In this document: positions 21,996-35,187 of the stretch, in pieces
Layout of the letters: each line of letters starts with the position of its first letter
How positions within the stretch are numbered: the first letter of the stretch is position 1
Source of the DNA: Entomortierella parvispora E1425
Taxonomy: Eukaryota; Fungi; Mortierellomycota
Direction: 5' to 3'
DNA: 64,000 bases
Assembly (NCBI GenBank): GCA_020891255.1
Contig: BQFW01000002.1
Span: forward strand, 3,534,001 to 3,598,000
Notes under the pieces: model-generated
Databases searched by the model: none
The model's input: only the letters and a program-made list of their open reading frames with translations
What the model was told of the DNA's origin: nothing
Position numbers and translations under genes: made by a program

Positions 21996-24900
21996 TTAAC
22001 ATCTCTCGACTTCCTCAGAGCTCAGACAAAGGTGGTTGATGGCCATCAACTCGCGGACAGATCCTCGACGCATCGCAAGGTATGAATCTGGATTGGGAGG
22101 TGACAGTGGTCGTGCCTGATAGGCCATGTGCTGCGGCGTTGGCTCCAACTCCATGTCCTCGGTCAGATCACGGTCAGAACCAGCCTCCGAATTGGAATAA
22201 TCGACGGACGATCTCTCGGATCGGAAAAACGTTCCTCGAGACGTTGGTGAGGTCGTGAGCGAACGACCACCCTGTCCAGGACGACCTTGATTGTTGGGAG
22301 CAGCTCTTTGATCAACGTGGTACGAGTGCTGGTAGTTGTTGTTGTGGGCATATCCATTCTCCTCTGGATGCTCCTCCTCCTTGAGATGACTGAGAGGAGT
22401 CGAGAATCGACGTGTCATCATGGGCGCTTTGGAAACTGCTGTCATTTGCACTGCATCTTCAACTGGACTGGTACGACCCCCTGAATAAACACCACCTGTC
22501 ACCTCGATAGGGCCTGCACTTCTAGACTGCTCCTGCCCGTCGGTGTTCTGGGCCGGTCGCTCTGATCCAGGCATATCTCGGTACTGTTCAGCCAAATCTG
22601 CAAGCTCAGCAAGTGCGGAAAAGGGATCGGCATCCGGAGATCGGTCGTGCTCAGGAGTGTATCGGCCAGCCTGGCCTCCTGCAGACTCGTGTCGCGACGC
22701 ATAGGGTCGTGGGAGCGATTGATGCAACTGCTGTTCCTGATGATGGTAGCTATAGGTTCGATCGTCCGCATGATCGCCTTGAGTCATACCCTCCACCGTA
22801 GTCGAGGAGCCAGAACGCGACATCTTGTTGGAGGGGAAGCTCGACTTCAGGCTGGCGGGGACAGAGATCGAATTGGCCAAGGAGGATGGGATGGGGCCAT
22901 AGTACGAATGACTGGCTTTGTGGAGAGATGGATTTCCCGGAAGATTGGGTCGCATCGTACCTCTTCCTTGACTACCACTAATTCCTGGATGTCGGTGTCC
23001 AGATCCCATAGAAGCTGATCTTGACATACCAGGAGAGAACTGGACTTTGCCCTTCAGGTCAGGTGTTTTTGGTGGCGTGAGAATGTTGCGAGGATGGCCA
23101 TTGTCTTGACTGTAATCCGCCTGGTGTTGCTGTTGCTGCTGCTGGTGCGCTTGATTGTGTGCCTGCACTTGAGCTTGAACTGCAGCTTGGACTTTGGCCG
23201 GTACCTCCAGAGACGGCATGGAATGTCGTCGCTCTATAAAAGACATGTTGACTCTGTTACTGCTTGCCTTGACCCTCCAGAGGGCTTCGAAAGTTCTTTG
23301 CAGATTGTCACCAGACTTACCATAGGGGTCGAATCGATTGCCTCGGAGCAGTGATGGTGAGACTGCGCTAGTTGGAGATGCCAAGGGCGAGGTGGTCGAA
23401 GTCGACTGGCCTGAGCTATGATCGCTGAATTTGAGTTGCAGTTCTACAGTAGATCATTGACCGATAGATGAAGAGATGATCGACAATACCATCAGTAATC
23501 GCTCTTGTTTCGTCACCTTTTTTTTTTCGTTCCACCATTTAAATGTATTGATGTATTACCTGATGGGTCCTGAAGGCTCAGACGTCTTCGCTTGCGCTGC
23601 ATGGAGGTGTTGAAGTGGTTCTTGATGGCATTGTCGGGTCGACCAGGCATGAGCTTGGACATCTCTGCCCACTTTGAGCCGAGTTGTGCAAAGAGCTTAA
23701 AGATGAGCTCGTCCTCTTTGGGCGTGAAGGGAGACTTGTCGACTAGAAGAGGGCACAATGGGGAAGAAACGATTGATGAGGTCACATGCATGGAAGAATC
23801 GGTGGCAATAACGGCTTTTTCCAGACAACAGTGGCCACTTACTCGTTGGATCCAGGTGGTTGTGCCATCGCTCGCGGCACTGCTTTCCTGTGCGCGATCC
23901 CAGGCGACTGGCAATGAGTACCCACTTTTCAGCGCCGAGCTCGTTCACAAGGTTGCGAAGCTGGCGGTCCTCCTATTATGAGACGGTCGATCGATTGAAT
24001 GGATAAAGCGAAAAGAGTCAGTGAAATGTAGAACGACTGATTGAACTCGGCCACATTGATGAAACAGGTGGGCAAGGTTGCAGCACCGAAAGAATGACAA
24101 AGACAGACAGGGTGCAGGGTGCAGGGTGCAGGGTGCAGGGTGCAGGGTGTCTGTTGGGCTCAAGCTATTTATGGTGTGGAGAGTCTGACTGCATGCGAAG
24201 CAGGGCTTTGATTTACCTCAGGGGTCCATGGACCTTTGATGGACCTGGGCTTGGAAATCATTCTCCACCGCTGTAGACACTGATCCTTGTCTCTGGAGCC
24301 GTCTGGGAAACAATACTCGGCGATGCGCTTCCAGGCCTTGCCACTGAACTTTGCAACGGCTTCTCGAAGTAACTTGTCCTGAAGAGAGGCGACGAGGCAA
24401 TGACAATGACAATGTCGTCGAAGAGAGAGAAATGGAAGGAGACGGTGAAGGAGAGAAGGAGCGACAAAGAGAGGGAGGAAGTGGAAGAGTAAAGAAGTGA
24501 GGAGAGAGTGAGGTTAGATGATATATCGACTGATCGACAAGGGTTTGGAGATGTGCTGGGCCCTTTGCGTTGGGTGGAAGAGGAGAAGAGAGATATAAAA
24601 AAAACCGTTGGAGGAAAATTGAAACGGGGTGGTTGCGCAGAGGGGCGGAAGGAGGGGGCGAGACTGTGATGGGTGGACGAACGGATGGACGGTTGTGTTC
24701 AAGGGATGAGGAAAATAGCAAGAGAATGGAAAGAGATAGAAAGAGAGAGAGAGATAGGTGGAGCCAATAGCGAGGGACAAGAAAGAAAAAAGAGGAAAGG
24801 TCGAGGAGTGAAGCAAAAGGAGAGAGAGATGCAAAGGAAAGAAGAGATTTGCCCAACGGAAACCGGATTATGAGACCATGTCAAGACCCAACCACCACAG

Positions 24901-26615
24901 GCTGCACCGTCAGGGGCGAAGTCAAAAGAGACAAAGAGATGTTGAATGGAGATTGCACCACAGGGAGGAGATGCACTAAGGAATTGCGCCGAGGTGGAGG
25001 ATGACGGGAGGAGCAGTGAAGGGGTGGGCCACCTCCCCTCCTGACGGCTGCCTTCCGTCCTTTCTTTCTTTCCTTCCCTACCTACTTTTCCCTTCCCTTA
25101 TGTTTTCTGACCACCGCAGACAACACAAACGCACGCACGCAGCAAGGGGAAAGGGAGAGGTGGCCGAAAGAAAAAAGAAAAGGGGACGGACTTGGCAACA
25201 GACAGGCAAAAGAGACAGATGTCCCGCGATTGCGTGCGCGTGTTCTGCCCCCCAGCAGGGGCCACGGCCCACGACCACGGACCATGGCGCTGGGCCGCTG
25301 ATGCCTCGAGCGCGGCTTTTTTTTTTTTGACTCGCTTTGTGTCCGCTGCCATGTCTACTTCATGAAAGCGATCCCAGATCGGGACAAGAGCGATCGGGCT
25401 CGACCACCAACTCTCTATCTGTGGGCAGGATGATCGCCTGCACCAACCTTGCCATAAACACACACAGACGGCGCTCGGTGCTTCTTGATCATTGTTTTTT
25501 CCACACGCTGCTTTTTTTCTCTCCTTCCCTTTATCAGTTGCATCGACCGCGGCAACCATTTCCACATTGTCCCAATCCATTCCTTGATATTTCCACACTC
25601 TGTCACCTGCATACAGACCACACAGACAGACAAAATGAAAAAGAAAAAAAGCACTGTTTTGTACCTGTTGACGCGTCCATTGGACGTCTCCGTCGCACGA
25701 TTCGGCATCTGACCCAGACCCATCCGAATCCATGTTCACTTCGTTCAAAAGATGGTCCTCGCCTCCCATCCTGTATTGTGGATGATGTAGTGGCTGGGGG
25801 GGAGGCCTCATCATGTGGGAGGAAGGTGGGGGAGGTGGTGGCAAAGGTGGGGACGCGCCACCAGAACTCTGATGAACGCTCGGAAGCGAATAGGAATGTG
25901 GCATTTGGTGACCCGGGAAGGAAGGTCGTCGTTGCTCGTTCTGATGATGGTCATAATAGCCACCTCCAGGGACTTTGTGGTGGCCCTTGTGTTGTTCATA
26001 GTGATGATGTGGGTGCTGCGGGTGATCGTACTTGATGTGACCGAGTCCAGCCTGTGAAGGTGGCGGTGGGGGCGATGCGTAGTTGCTGTACTGCTGCTGA
26101 GTGGTGGTTGTCGCCGTTGTGGCCGATAATCTCAGGTGAGGATGACTTTGAGAATGAGAATGCGATCGAGCCAAAGGCCCTCCTCCTACTCGTGACCCTT
26201 GTGGAGCACCACCGCCTCCCAATGACTGTTGCTGCCCTGAAGAAGAAGAGGGTCCGTCCGAAAAAGTAGGTTTGGGAGGATAGGGTGGAGTGTACAGTTG
26301 TTGTTTAAGTTGGTGGGTGTGTGGTTGTGTTTGCTGATGAGCATGATGTTGCTGTTGTTGCTGGGAGGGCGATTGCTGTTGTGGGTGAGATGGATACTGA
26401 ACATGCCCTGGGTGGACCATGGGCGGGGTTGTTTGTTCTTGTTGCTTTTGATATGAATGCTCTTGGCCTCCTTGTTTGCTCTGGGAGGAATGGGATACAT
26501 ATCGCTCTTCTGGTGGGGACGGTGGCGATGCGCTGCCTTGTGTGCGACTGCTGCCGTTGTTGAACTGGCCAGAAGCAGGAGGAAGATGACTGGTATGGGT
26601 AATATGATGAATCAT
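21996..26615 (-). CDS. Three-repeat (R1R2R3) Myb transcription factor with Q/H/P-rich N-terminus
   Basis: Splicing gives R1 VQWTRQQ|[22 protein letters not shown]...QCLQRW, R2 KGPWTPE|EDRQL...[28 protein letters not shown]3 [12 protein letters not shown]...[22 protein letters not shown]; first ATG at 26615; intron 24379-25664. Confidence 0.9.
24108..24149. repeat. (CAGGGTG)6 heptamer repeat inside a Myb intron
   Basis: Six perfect units read directly. Confidence 0.92.
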
Positions 26616-28271
26616 TTTTTGGAAGGATATCAGGGCTAGAGGAGATTGATCGTCGAGTGTTGATGTTGAGCTGCTAGGAGAGATGAAGAGCCTTTTCTGT
26701 GATACCAAAGAAGTATAACGAAAACGTTTTTTGAACTATATGAAGAGCGTGAGGAACAAAGGGGGGGGGGGGTATAAATGCTGCAGTAATGGAAAGAGAA
26801 TGATAAATTGAGAGGACTGGACGTTGAAAATGAAGCGAAAACGAACAGAACAATAAAAAAAAGAGATGCCAATGTAGGAGTGGGGGGGGGGGGGTTCAAA
26901 ACTGAAGGAACTTGCAGAAAAAGACTGAGATTGAGTGTTGAATATGAAAAAGAGGGGGCAAAGAGAAGAAGAGAAGAAAGGAAGAAAGGAAGGGAAAAAA
27001 GAAAAGGAAGAAGGAAAACAGCGCCCCAAGTGGTCGCAAGGGTGTGAATTGCAATTGGGAAAGAGGAAATCCTTCAACTCCTTCCCCCCCGACCGAACTG
27101 CTGCTACTTCTACCACTCCCACCCCAAACCACTCCCAAAAGAATCCTACTCTTTTGTGAAAGGGGAGCGATGATGCCAATTGCAAAACAGGGATGATCAA
27201 TCGATAGTGGACTGTGCCATTGCTCGGCCAGCATGCCATGTCATGGTGCGTGGTGTTGTCTTTTCAAACAAGTTTTTTTTCTTTCTCTTTCTCCTTCGGG
27301 TTGGGGCTCTTGATCCCTCCCCTTCTTCAATCCTTCTATCCTTTGAACGGTTTGTTTTTTTCGATTTTCTCTTTGCCCTTTGTCATTCTTTTTCTATGTC
27401 TTTTACGCTATTCAATCGGCTACATCATTGATAATGCATGCAAAGCACAAACGAAAACCGACAATCGCCCGTTCACTTCTCAAGAGCTCCTCGCCGCGGA
27501 ATGGGGGGTAACGATACACAAGAACAAAGGAGCAGGCTGTATGCAAACATGAGGGAGGGTAACGCGGCGAGAGCGAAAAAAAAAAAAAAAAAGGTCTTGT
27601 CTCCCAGGGAGAACTGCGACCTCTGTGGGTCAAAGCAAATCCTGCTTACATGTGCCACCCACCCTCTCTCCCAAAAAAAGGAAAACGAGCAACGAGCGAG
27701 AAAGAGAGAGAGGAGGAGGGGGATCAATCCGGTGTTGTTGAACAGGGGGTTGGGCGAAAGAGGACACAACAGACAGCTTATTCCAATCCTCCCAGAAACG
27801 ACAAAAGAGCAAAACGCTTTTTTTTCTTGGTCTTTAGATCCGCAACTGCGATTTATCTCCTACGAAGGTGCTCAAGCACAGCTGTAATTCTCACTAGGGC
27901 TACTTGAATGACCACTACCCCCTGGACTGGCTCGAGGATGATTCGTCGCCTCGAAGTGCAGGGTTATGACAGAGTGGGCTTGCTTTACAAGACAAGGCAA
28001 GGGCAAAAGATATTTTTTTCGTCTCATGCTTGTCAGTTGCTTGCATGGGATTCTTTGGTGCTGACGTCCGTGAGCCTTAAATGTGGTTTTTTTTTCCTCT
28101 TCCTCTTTTTTTCTCCCTGTGTCCTGCATCTTTTTTAGTTGAACAGACGTTCAGCTCCTATTTCTCCCTTCACCCCCCAAAATGCAGACCATCGCAGCTG
28201 TGGCGTTCTTTCTTTCTTTCTTTCTTTTTTGGTTTCCATCTTTCTTCTTTTTTGTGTTCAGTATGAGAGCG

Positions 28272-28301
28272 ACAACAACAACAACAATAACAACAACAAC
28301 A
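28272..28301. repeat. (ACA)n microsatellite in a long intergenic region
   Basis: ACAACAACA... run with one AAT interruption. Confidence 0.85.
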
Positions 28302-30022
28302 AAAGCAGCAGAAAAGGGAAGTAAAAAAACCGTCAGAAAGAGTTCAACCGAGATTGTTCATTGGCAACCACACATCATTATTTTATGGTCTTTTTTTTAT
28401 GGATCGGCAAAAAAACAAACAAGAGAGCTTCCAAAGACGCGTCGGGATCGCGAAATCCACGCGTTTGATAAGCAGACGAAATCGCTCTTTTTGCAACAAA
28501 CAGCACATTCAAACACACGGGAATCACCATGCAACTCGCCCTCAGGGTTGCTCAACCGCATCCAAAAAAAAATATATCCGTATAAAGAAAAAGAGAGAGA
28601 GAGGGGGGGGGGGACAAGGGAGAGAGACTGAGGGAGGAAGGGTCTCTTTTTCATTTTTGTTGTTGTGCGCTGGCGGACTTGTCGCACAGCGATGGAATGG
28701 AGTCCTGCATTGTTGTCCTGTCCAACACGCACCGAATCGACAACCCAAAGCCCCCAAAAACGATCCCTGCATATTGGACGTGTTCATCATTGTCTATCCA
28801 TTGTCCTCATCTCTTTGCCCTGTGCCCGTCCCCAGTTTTTTTTTACCCGTTACAATGCAAGAGAAGAGAGAGACGGGCCGACATTTGGAAGAGAGAGAGT
28901 GAGAGAGAGAGAGAAACGCAGGGGCCAGTTTCTGTGCATTATGACATGATCAGTGCGTTGGTGCAGCTCACAGAGAGCGGATGACTGTGCACCGTGTTCA
29001 GTTTTCTTTTAGTTCTGTTTCCCACTCGTTCTGTCTCCCGGTCGTTTCTTCCCCTGCCCCCTCTTTTCCTCCTCTTTTCGCGTTTCAATGGCTGCCCTGA
29101 AGTTGTTCTTCTAGGTGCTTTAGGTGACCAGTCACTCTCTGTCCCATGTTTTTCACGCAAATAGCCTCTCTGTCTCTCATGCACTCACGTTCTTGCTATC
29201 CTATCCAATTTCTTGCAAAAAGAACAGACGCCACTTTGCTTCGAAATGGTGGTTGACAACCAACGCTCGTAGGGTAAGGAAAGACCCGTTCCACTGACCT
29301 CATTATCTGTTAGACCTGACATTCATGGTCAAACGCTAACGCCCATTCTTTCTAGTCTAGAACTAACGTCAACCCCCCTCTCCTCTCCACCCTCACCCCC
29401 CCGCGCGCGCGCCATTTTCTGTGTCTCCTTAACTTCCTAACTCCATTTCTTTTTTTCTCCCCTATTCGTTTATGTTCATTGGCACTGGCGTAGTAACATT
29501 CGAGTTTTTTCGAGGTTTCGTTTTTTTGTAAACGTCTCGCACTAGTAGGGCGGGAACGAATGATTATAGAAACTCTTGGAAAATAGGGTCCGGTAGAAAG
29601 TGAAGGAAGGGGGACGGTGCGAGGGAATGGAAGGCGAAATAGAAAGAGAGAGAGACATGCAAAGAACTCTTGATGTTGTGAGGGAGGACCAAAACAAAAA
29701 AAAAAAGTTTTGACAATGATTCCCACCGAAAAGGGTTTTCCTAGTCGGACCACTAGCTTGAGGAGGGCAAGGGAAGCGGATGTGTCGAAAAAATCCCATG
29801 GCCTTTTGAAAGGCCGACTTGTAGGCAACAGAAAAGGGAGCAAAACCATTCTGAAAAATAGATCAAGGTCCATGAACGAGGTAAGTTTTGAAATGATAGA
29901 AAGAGGTGAAGGTGCAAAGTCAAAAGAGTGAAAATGAAATGATAGTGAATGTTTTTTTTTTATCAAAAGCTATGAAGAGAGGAAAGGATTATGACTGAGG
30001 GAAAAAAATCTATCTGGCAGGT

Positions 30023-31634
30023 TTACTTCTTCTTCTGGGACTTGCCGCCTTTGCGCTTGCGAGCCTTGCTCTTGTTCTCTGATTCTGAATCATCAGCAGA
30101 CGAGGACTTCTCGATCTTGACAGGCTCATCCTCCTTCTTCACAGGGGAAGCCTCAGTCTTCTTGTCATCCTTCTTCTTCTCAGCCTTCTTCTTCTCCTCG
30201 GCCTTCTTCTTCTCCTCGGCCTCCTTGGCCTTGGCAGCCTCAATGCCCTCCTCGGAAGTGTAGGAAAAGACCTTCTTGATCTCGCCACGGGCAAGGCCAG
30301 TGAAAATCACACTCAAGATGCAGGCAGGAGACAAGTACAAGAGAGCGGGCTGGGCAGCCTTGAACGTGTGCATGACGTAGATGGTAGTACCCAATCCTAA
30401 AGCATACGCGATGAAGCAAGCAGTGAAGTAGGGCTTGGGGAACTTGGTGGAGCGTCCAAGGCTAGGGTTCTTGTTACCGGCCAAGTACTGATCGAAACGG
30501 AGGCAGAGGGCCACAAAGACACCAGGAATCACAATATCACCCAGGCCGAGCATAGCGAATTGGTAAGGCTCTCCGGCAGGCAAGCCAAAGAAAAGGCGGG
30601 GGAAGATGACCTTGACGGGAGCATCAAAGTTCTTGGCAACTGAGACCATGACTTCGGTACCAAAGACCCAAAAGATATCATAAAGGAAGAGACCGCTCAA
30701 GAGGATCATACCAGTCTTGAAAGAGTCCAAAGAAAGAAGCTGGATCGCGTTCAAGGCGAAACAGATACCAAAGAGGTTGGATGCGATCCAGTTCTTGGTC
30801 GCGACATAGTATCCAGAGAGGAAGACGGAAAGGACAGCCAAGATCAAGTGAAGGATGGTGAACTTGGCGGCGTAGAGTTCTAAGATTAGTCGAGAGGGGG
30901 GCAAGTAAAAAGTGGGTTAATTTCAGGGCCTAATTTTGATTTGTGTGAGGACCAGACGACAAAGAGCAGAGTATGTGGGAGAGAGCCTGATCTGCGCTTC
31001 CGAGGTTGGTAAGGCCATCATCAAGAATATATGGCTTTCTCTTTTACTTACCCTTCTTGTTCTTGGTGAGAGTCAGGTTCCACTTGTCGACGTTGATACC
31101 GGCCAGCTTGACAATGGGCGCCACACAGTTGACACCGACCTGGGTCGTGGCCATCACTCCAAGCAATCCAAAGTAGGCAGTCAAGAGGTAATTGACATAG
31201 GTCTTGTCCACGTAACGGAACACCAGGTACAGACCGAACAGGGTCATTGACCCAAAGATAGGGAACATGTAGGCATCCTCCAAAGACATGGATTCCGTTG
31301 TCTCATCCTCGTCGTCAGAGTCGTCGTCAGACTTTTTCGCCTTGGGGTTCTAGAAAGTGGACGATAAACGCATTGACGTTAATGACTCCTGGAGACAAGA
31401 ATACGGTAGCGAAAGGCTTCACGACAAAGGGCAGGATGTCTGCAAGTCCGCATTCACTGAGGCAGACATGCATGCGTCCTGGGCGACCATGGTCCTCCAT
31501 TGTACCTTCCACTTCTTGAGCGAGCCAAACGATCCAAAGTAGATGGGCAAAACAGCCATAGTGCTGAGGGCCGCGTATGCGACGTAGAGGCCCCTCTCTG
31601 CCATTTCGGGAGAAGGCACAAACTTTTCGGTCAT
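30023..31634 (-). CDS. SPP: Signal peptide peptidase (GxGD intramembrane aspartic protease, A22B), 3 exons
   Basis: FLYDIFWVFGT (YD), MLGLGDIVIPG (GLGD), AAQPALLYL (QPALLY); KKK at the C-terminus (ER-retrieval-like). Confidence 0.96.
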
Positions 31635-31785
31635 GGTGAGGATGGGGGGTAGGGAGAGTGAGGAGGGAAGGAATGAAGAGAGAAGAGGGAATGGGACCCC
31701 AGATGGCGACTTGAGCGTTGAGGTCCGTTCCACCAAGCCCACAGACTCGCCCCTTGCAAGAGGGGGGGCAAGCGGTGGGACTCGC

Positions 31786-31795
31786 TGATTGGCTG
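31786..31795. promoter_or_regulatory. CCAAT box (TGATTGGCTG) in the 387-bp divergent SPP/MRPS8 promoter
   Basis: Reverse complement CAGCCAATCA matches the NF-Y/HAP consensus; the identical 10-mer recurs at 39818 and 60687, also upstream of genes. Confidence 0.5.
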
Positions 31796-32021
31796 GCGCC
31801 GTGCGAACCTCGCCAGTTGCAAATGAGCGCAGTCTACGGAGGTTGTTACCTCGCTGGACGCAAATTTCATCTAGAGAGGGCACACTCCGGAACCCGAGCT
31901 GGCCTTGACTGCTGATTCAAACAAACAAAGCAGATCAGCATTTGAATGCGTCCATTCTCTCCATTGCAGTCATCCTTGCTCTCTTCCCTCCCCTTCCCCC
32001 TCACATCAACCCACATCCACT

Positions 32022-32483
32022 ATGCCTCGCCATTACGATCTCTGCGCCCGTGTGCAGAACGGATTCCGTGCCAAGCTTCGCCGCATCGCAGTTCCCGACA
32101 CTAAGCTCAATCTCGCCATCTCCAATGTTTTGTACAAGGAGGGATTCATCGCCTCGGTCAGCAGAGGCAACCATGTCGAGCCCGATACCTCCTTTGTTGC
32201 CACAACACCCGACAACATCGCCACCCGCCGTCTTTGGCTCGAGCTCAAGTACAACAATGACGAGCCCGTCTTGAAGAAGATGTCAGCCATCTCCAAGCCC
32301 TCCAAGAAGGTTGTCATGAAGGTTGAGGAGCTCCAGAACTTGGCCGCTGGCAACCGTTCCCAGTTCGTCAAGGGTCTCCAGCCAGGAGAGATCGCTATTT
32401 TGACCACAAACTACGGTGTCTTGGAGCTGAGAGAGGCTTTGGAGAAGGGCGCCGGAGGCGAGGTCTTGTGCAGAGCCATCTAA
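32022..32483 (+). CDS. MRPS8: Mitochondrial ribosomal protein uS8m, intronless
   Basis: DLCARVQNG, ISNVLYKEGFI, LWLELKY, ISKPSKKV, ILTTNYGVLELREALEKGAGGEVLCR. Confidence 0.93.
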   Translation: MPRHYDLCARVQNGFRAKLRRIAVPDTKLNLAISNVLYKEGFIASVSRGNHVEPDTSFVATTPDNIATRRLWLELKYNNDEPVLKKMSAISKPSKKVVMKVEELQNLAAGNRSQFVKGLQPGEIAILTTNYGVLELREALEKGAGGEVLCRAI

Positions 32484-32767
32484 ACAGATTCAAGAGACTC
32501 TCAGGAACCAACATCATTCAAAGAACAGGCAGGAACCAGGATATAGAATGTCATTCCCTTACGACGATCTCGAATGCAGGAGCTGTAGAGAAAGTCATTA
32601 TTGGTGGCCGCCACTGGACATTCACCCCAACATTGTACAATAATAAATCAAAACCAATGCCGACAAGGCAATCATCATTTATCTTTCTCCGTTGCCCGAA
32701 GGATTTATTTACAAGATGTTGTTACGTATGTACAAACGAGTCGATTGACGGTTTCTGGCGCTGGTTC

Positions 32768-34825
32768 TTACCAAGCCTGAGCTTCTTCCTCTTCCTCCTC
32801 TTCGACTCTGTCACTGACCATATCCCAAAGTGACTCGACATCCTTGTCCACATTCTCATCGTCCTCGATATCAAACGAGGACAAATCGTCGTACCAGGAC
32901 GTAATATCCTCCACAACAGAATCCAATCCGACGTTTCCGAGATCCCAGATAGTCTCCCAGGCAGAGCACTCTGTGGGTGTCATCTTTTCGCAGCCCTTGC
33001 TGCGGGGCGGGATCAACACCTTGTCGACAACGTGAATCACACCGTTACCTGCGATCCAGTTCTCGTATCCATGGAGTACACGCGCCTTCTTGTTGATAAA
33101 AATCTCATCTCGACGAGGAGTGTAGGAACGAGGAAGCTCGTGGACCCCACCATCGCCACAGTGAGGGTGGTGAGGGCGATGAGGGTGATGAGGGTGGTGA
33201 GGGTGATGAGGGAGGTGAGGGAGGTGATGATGGTGATGATGATGGTGGTGGTGGTGATGCCTTCCTCCTTTATGAGGATGATGATGAGGATGGTTGGGGT
33301 CGTGGTGAGGGTGATGGTGACCAGGATCCGTCTTGTTCTCACCGCCATCAGGCTGGGTCAATGTGGCAGTTGGCTCATCCCAGACAATGATGTCGGTGGA
33401 TCTAAAGCGATCCTTGAAGGCCTCAATCAGATCGGTCAAGCCCTTGGGCTTGTAGTCAATCTTGGAATGAGAAGCCGTTTCCGAAGGTGTTGGCTTGCGC
33501 GCCTTGGCAAGCACATGCAGCTCGTACTTTGGCGAGTGAAGCAAAGTCTGGAGGACGATTTCGCGATACTTCTCTCCGGTCTTGCCGTCATCCAAGGTCT
33601 TGTTAAAGATCTCGGGAGTGTAGACCACTTTGTTGGCGATCTGATACATCGTAAAGATCTTGAGGTGCTCGCGCCCCTGGTTGGAGAAGAGCCACTTCAA
33701 AAGCTTCTTAGGAAGGGCTAATAGAAGGATGGTGAGATAGGATGAGTATCCGCTCTTTCATTTTTTGGTGAAAACTTCTGTCAAAGTCTTGCACTGATTG
33801 ATGTACATACCTTTCCAGGCCTTGTCATGAGCAGCAAAGAGTGTCAGGCTCTTGCCATCTCGGACATGGCCATCCGTTCCGGTCTTGGCCCAAGCCTTGG
33901 TCAGATACGTAAAGTGCATACCACGTCTCATAATCTCATCCAAGATGGTCTCGCCTGGAGGACGAATGATTCTATTGACGCCATGGACAATGGCGCCTGA
34001 TTGCGCAACCAAATCTCGGACAACGATCTTGGCCCTGTTGACAAAGATATCACCACCCTCTTTGGGAGGCTCCTCCTCGAACCCTTGGTTCGAATCCGCG
34101 ATCCAGACCTCAGGCTCATCTCTCCAGAAAGAGTTACGAACTGTTGCTGCAGCTGAGGTGGATGGAATCCCAGGCTGCTCGAGTGAAATACGCAAGAGTT
34201 GGGCCGAATAGTCAAGACCAGGTGACTCGTAGAGCGAACGGATAACGTGCTCGTCATGGAGACGAGAAGAGTTGTAGACCTGCGATGAGATGTGGTACAT
34301 GAGTACATCCCTTGTAGGATAGTCGATGTCGGAGATCGAGTCAAAGGCGTCGTTCGTGGGTGCGAAGAGAGTTGGCTATGGACCATTGCGTCGTTTCGGC
34401 AAAGAAGAGTTAGCTAGTATTCTCTGGTTCTCTCAACGTTCATTTTCCCGATCCCATGTAGAACTCGCTCTCTTTCTCTCAGAACTCAACTCACCTGGGA
34501 AGCGGGGTCAGCCAAGAGCTGAGTGAGTTCTGGTGACAAAGAATAAGCGGTTAGTGTCTTGTTACAAACAATAAGTTCTATATGGGTGGAAGACCCTAGA
34601 CCAGCCCTCACCCTTGTCCTTCTGAATCATCTCCAAGAGCTTCGAGAACTCAGGTCGCTGAGCAAGAACATCAAGGATAGTTACTGCATTGGTGTATATC
34701 AAGGGCTGCTGATGCTGTTGAGCATGGTGCGTGTCGCGAAACGTGTACTGCGAGATAGGGGTGGCGACGGCACAGCTGCTGATTAAGGCGAGAGCCAAGC
34801 CCAGAGAGAGTGCGGCGGTGTGCAT
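32768..34825 (-). CDS. Secreted fasciclin (FAS1) domain protein with a long His-rich insert
   Basis: Signal peptide MHTAALSLGLALALISSCAVA; FAS1 motifs TLFAPTNDAF, AIVHGVNRII, LTLFAAHDKAW, NGVIHVVDKVLIPP; His-rich block about 33165-33320. Confidence 0.88.
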
Positions 34826-35187
34826 GGTGACTGCAAAGTTGTTTTTAAAGAAGAGAAGTTTGTTCAAATGCGACTGTGGATGGGAAACGTAGATGAAAAA
34901 AAAGGTAGAAAAAAAGAGTGTAGAGATGAACAAAGAAATCTTTTTTTGGGGGTTTCATTCTTCGCGCGTTGCAGGTGACGGCCTGGCAACCAGAGTGGCT
35001 GGTTTTGGGACCCTGCCACTCAGCCCCCTCGACCACTCTCCTTCTCGCTATCAGTCGCATGAGGATACATCTTTTTTTGAGTTTCTAGTTGTATTGGTGA
35101 TGAAAAAAGCTATGGTACAATATGGTGGCGTTCTCTCCATGGATGACGGGTCTCCTCCGCGAGTTCTTTATGGCGAGCGCTGTTATT

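Noticed and set aside
26700-29200. Many 60-180 aa ORFs in the long intergenic region
   Set aside because: They run through poly-A/T and GA/CT microsatellites, giving K/R/E- or F/S/L-biased text with no family motifs.
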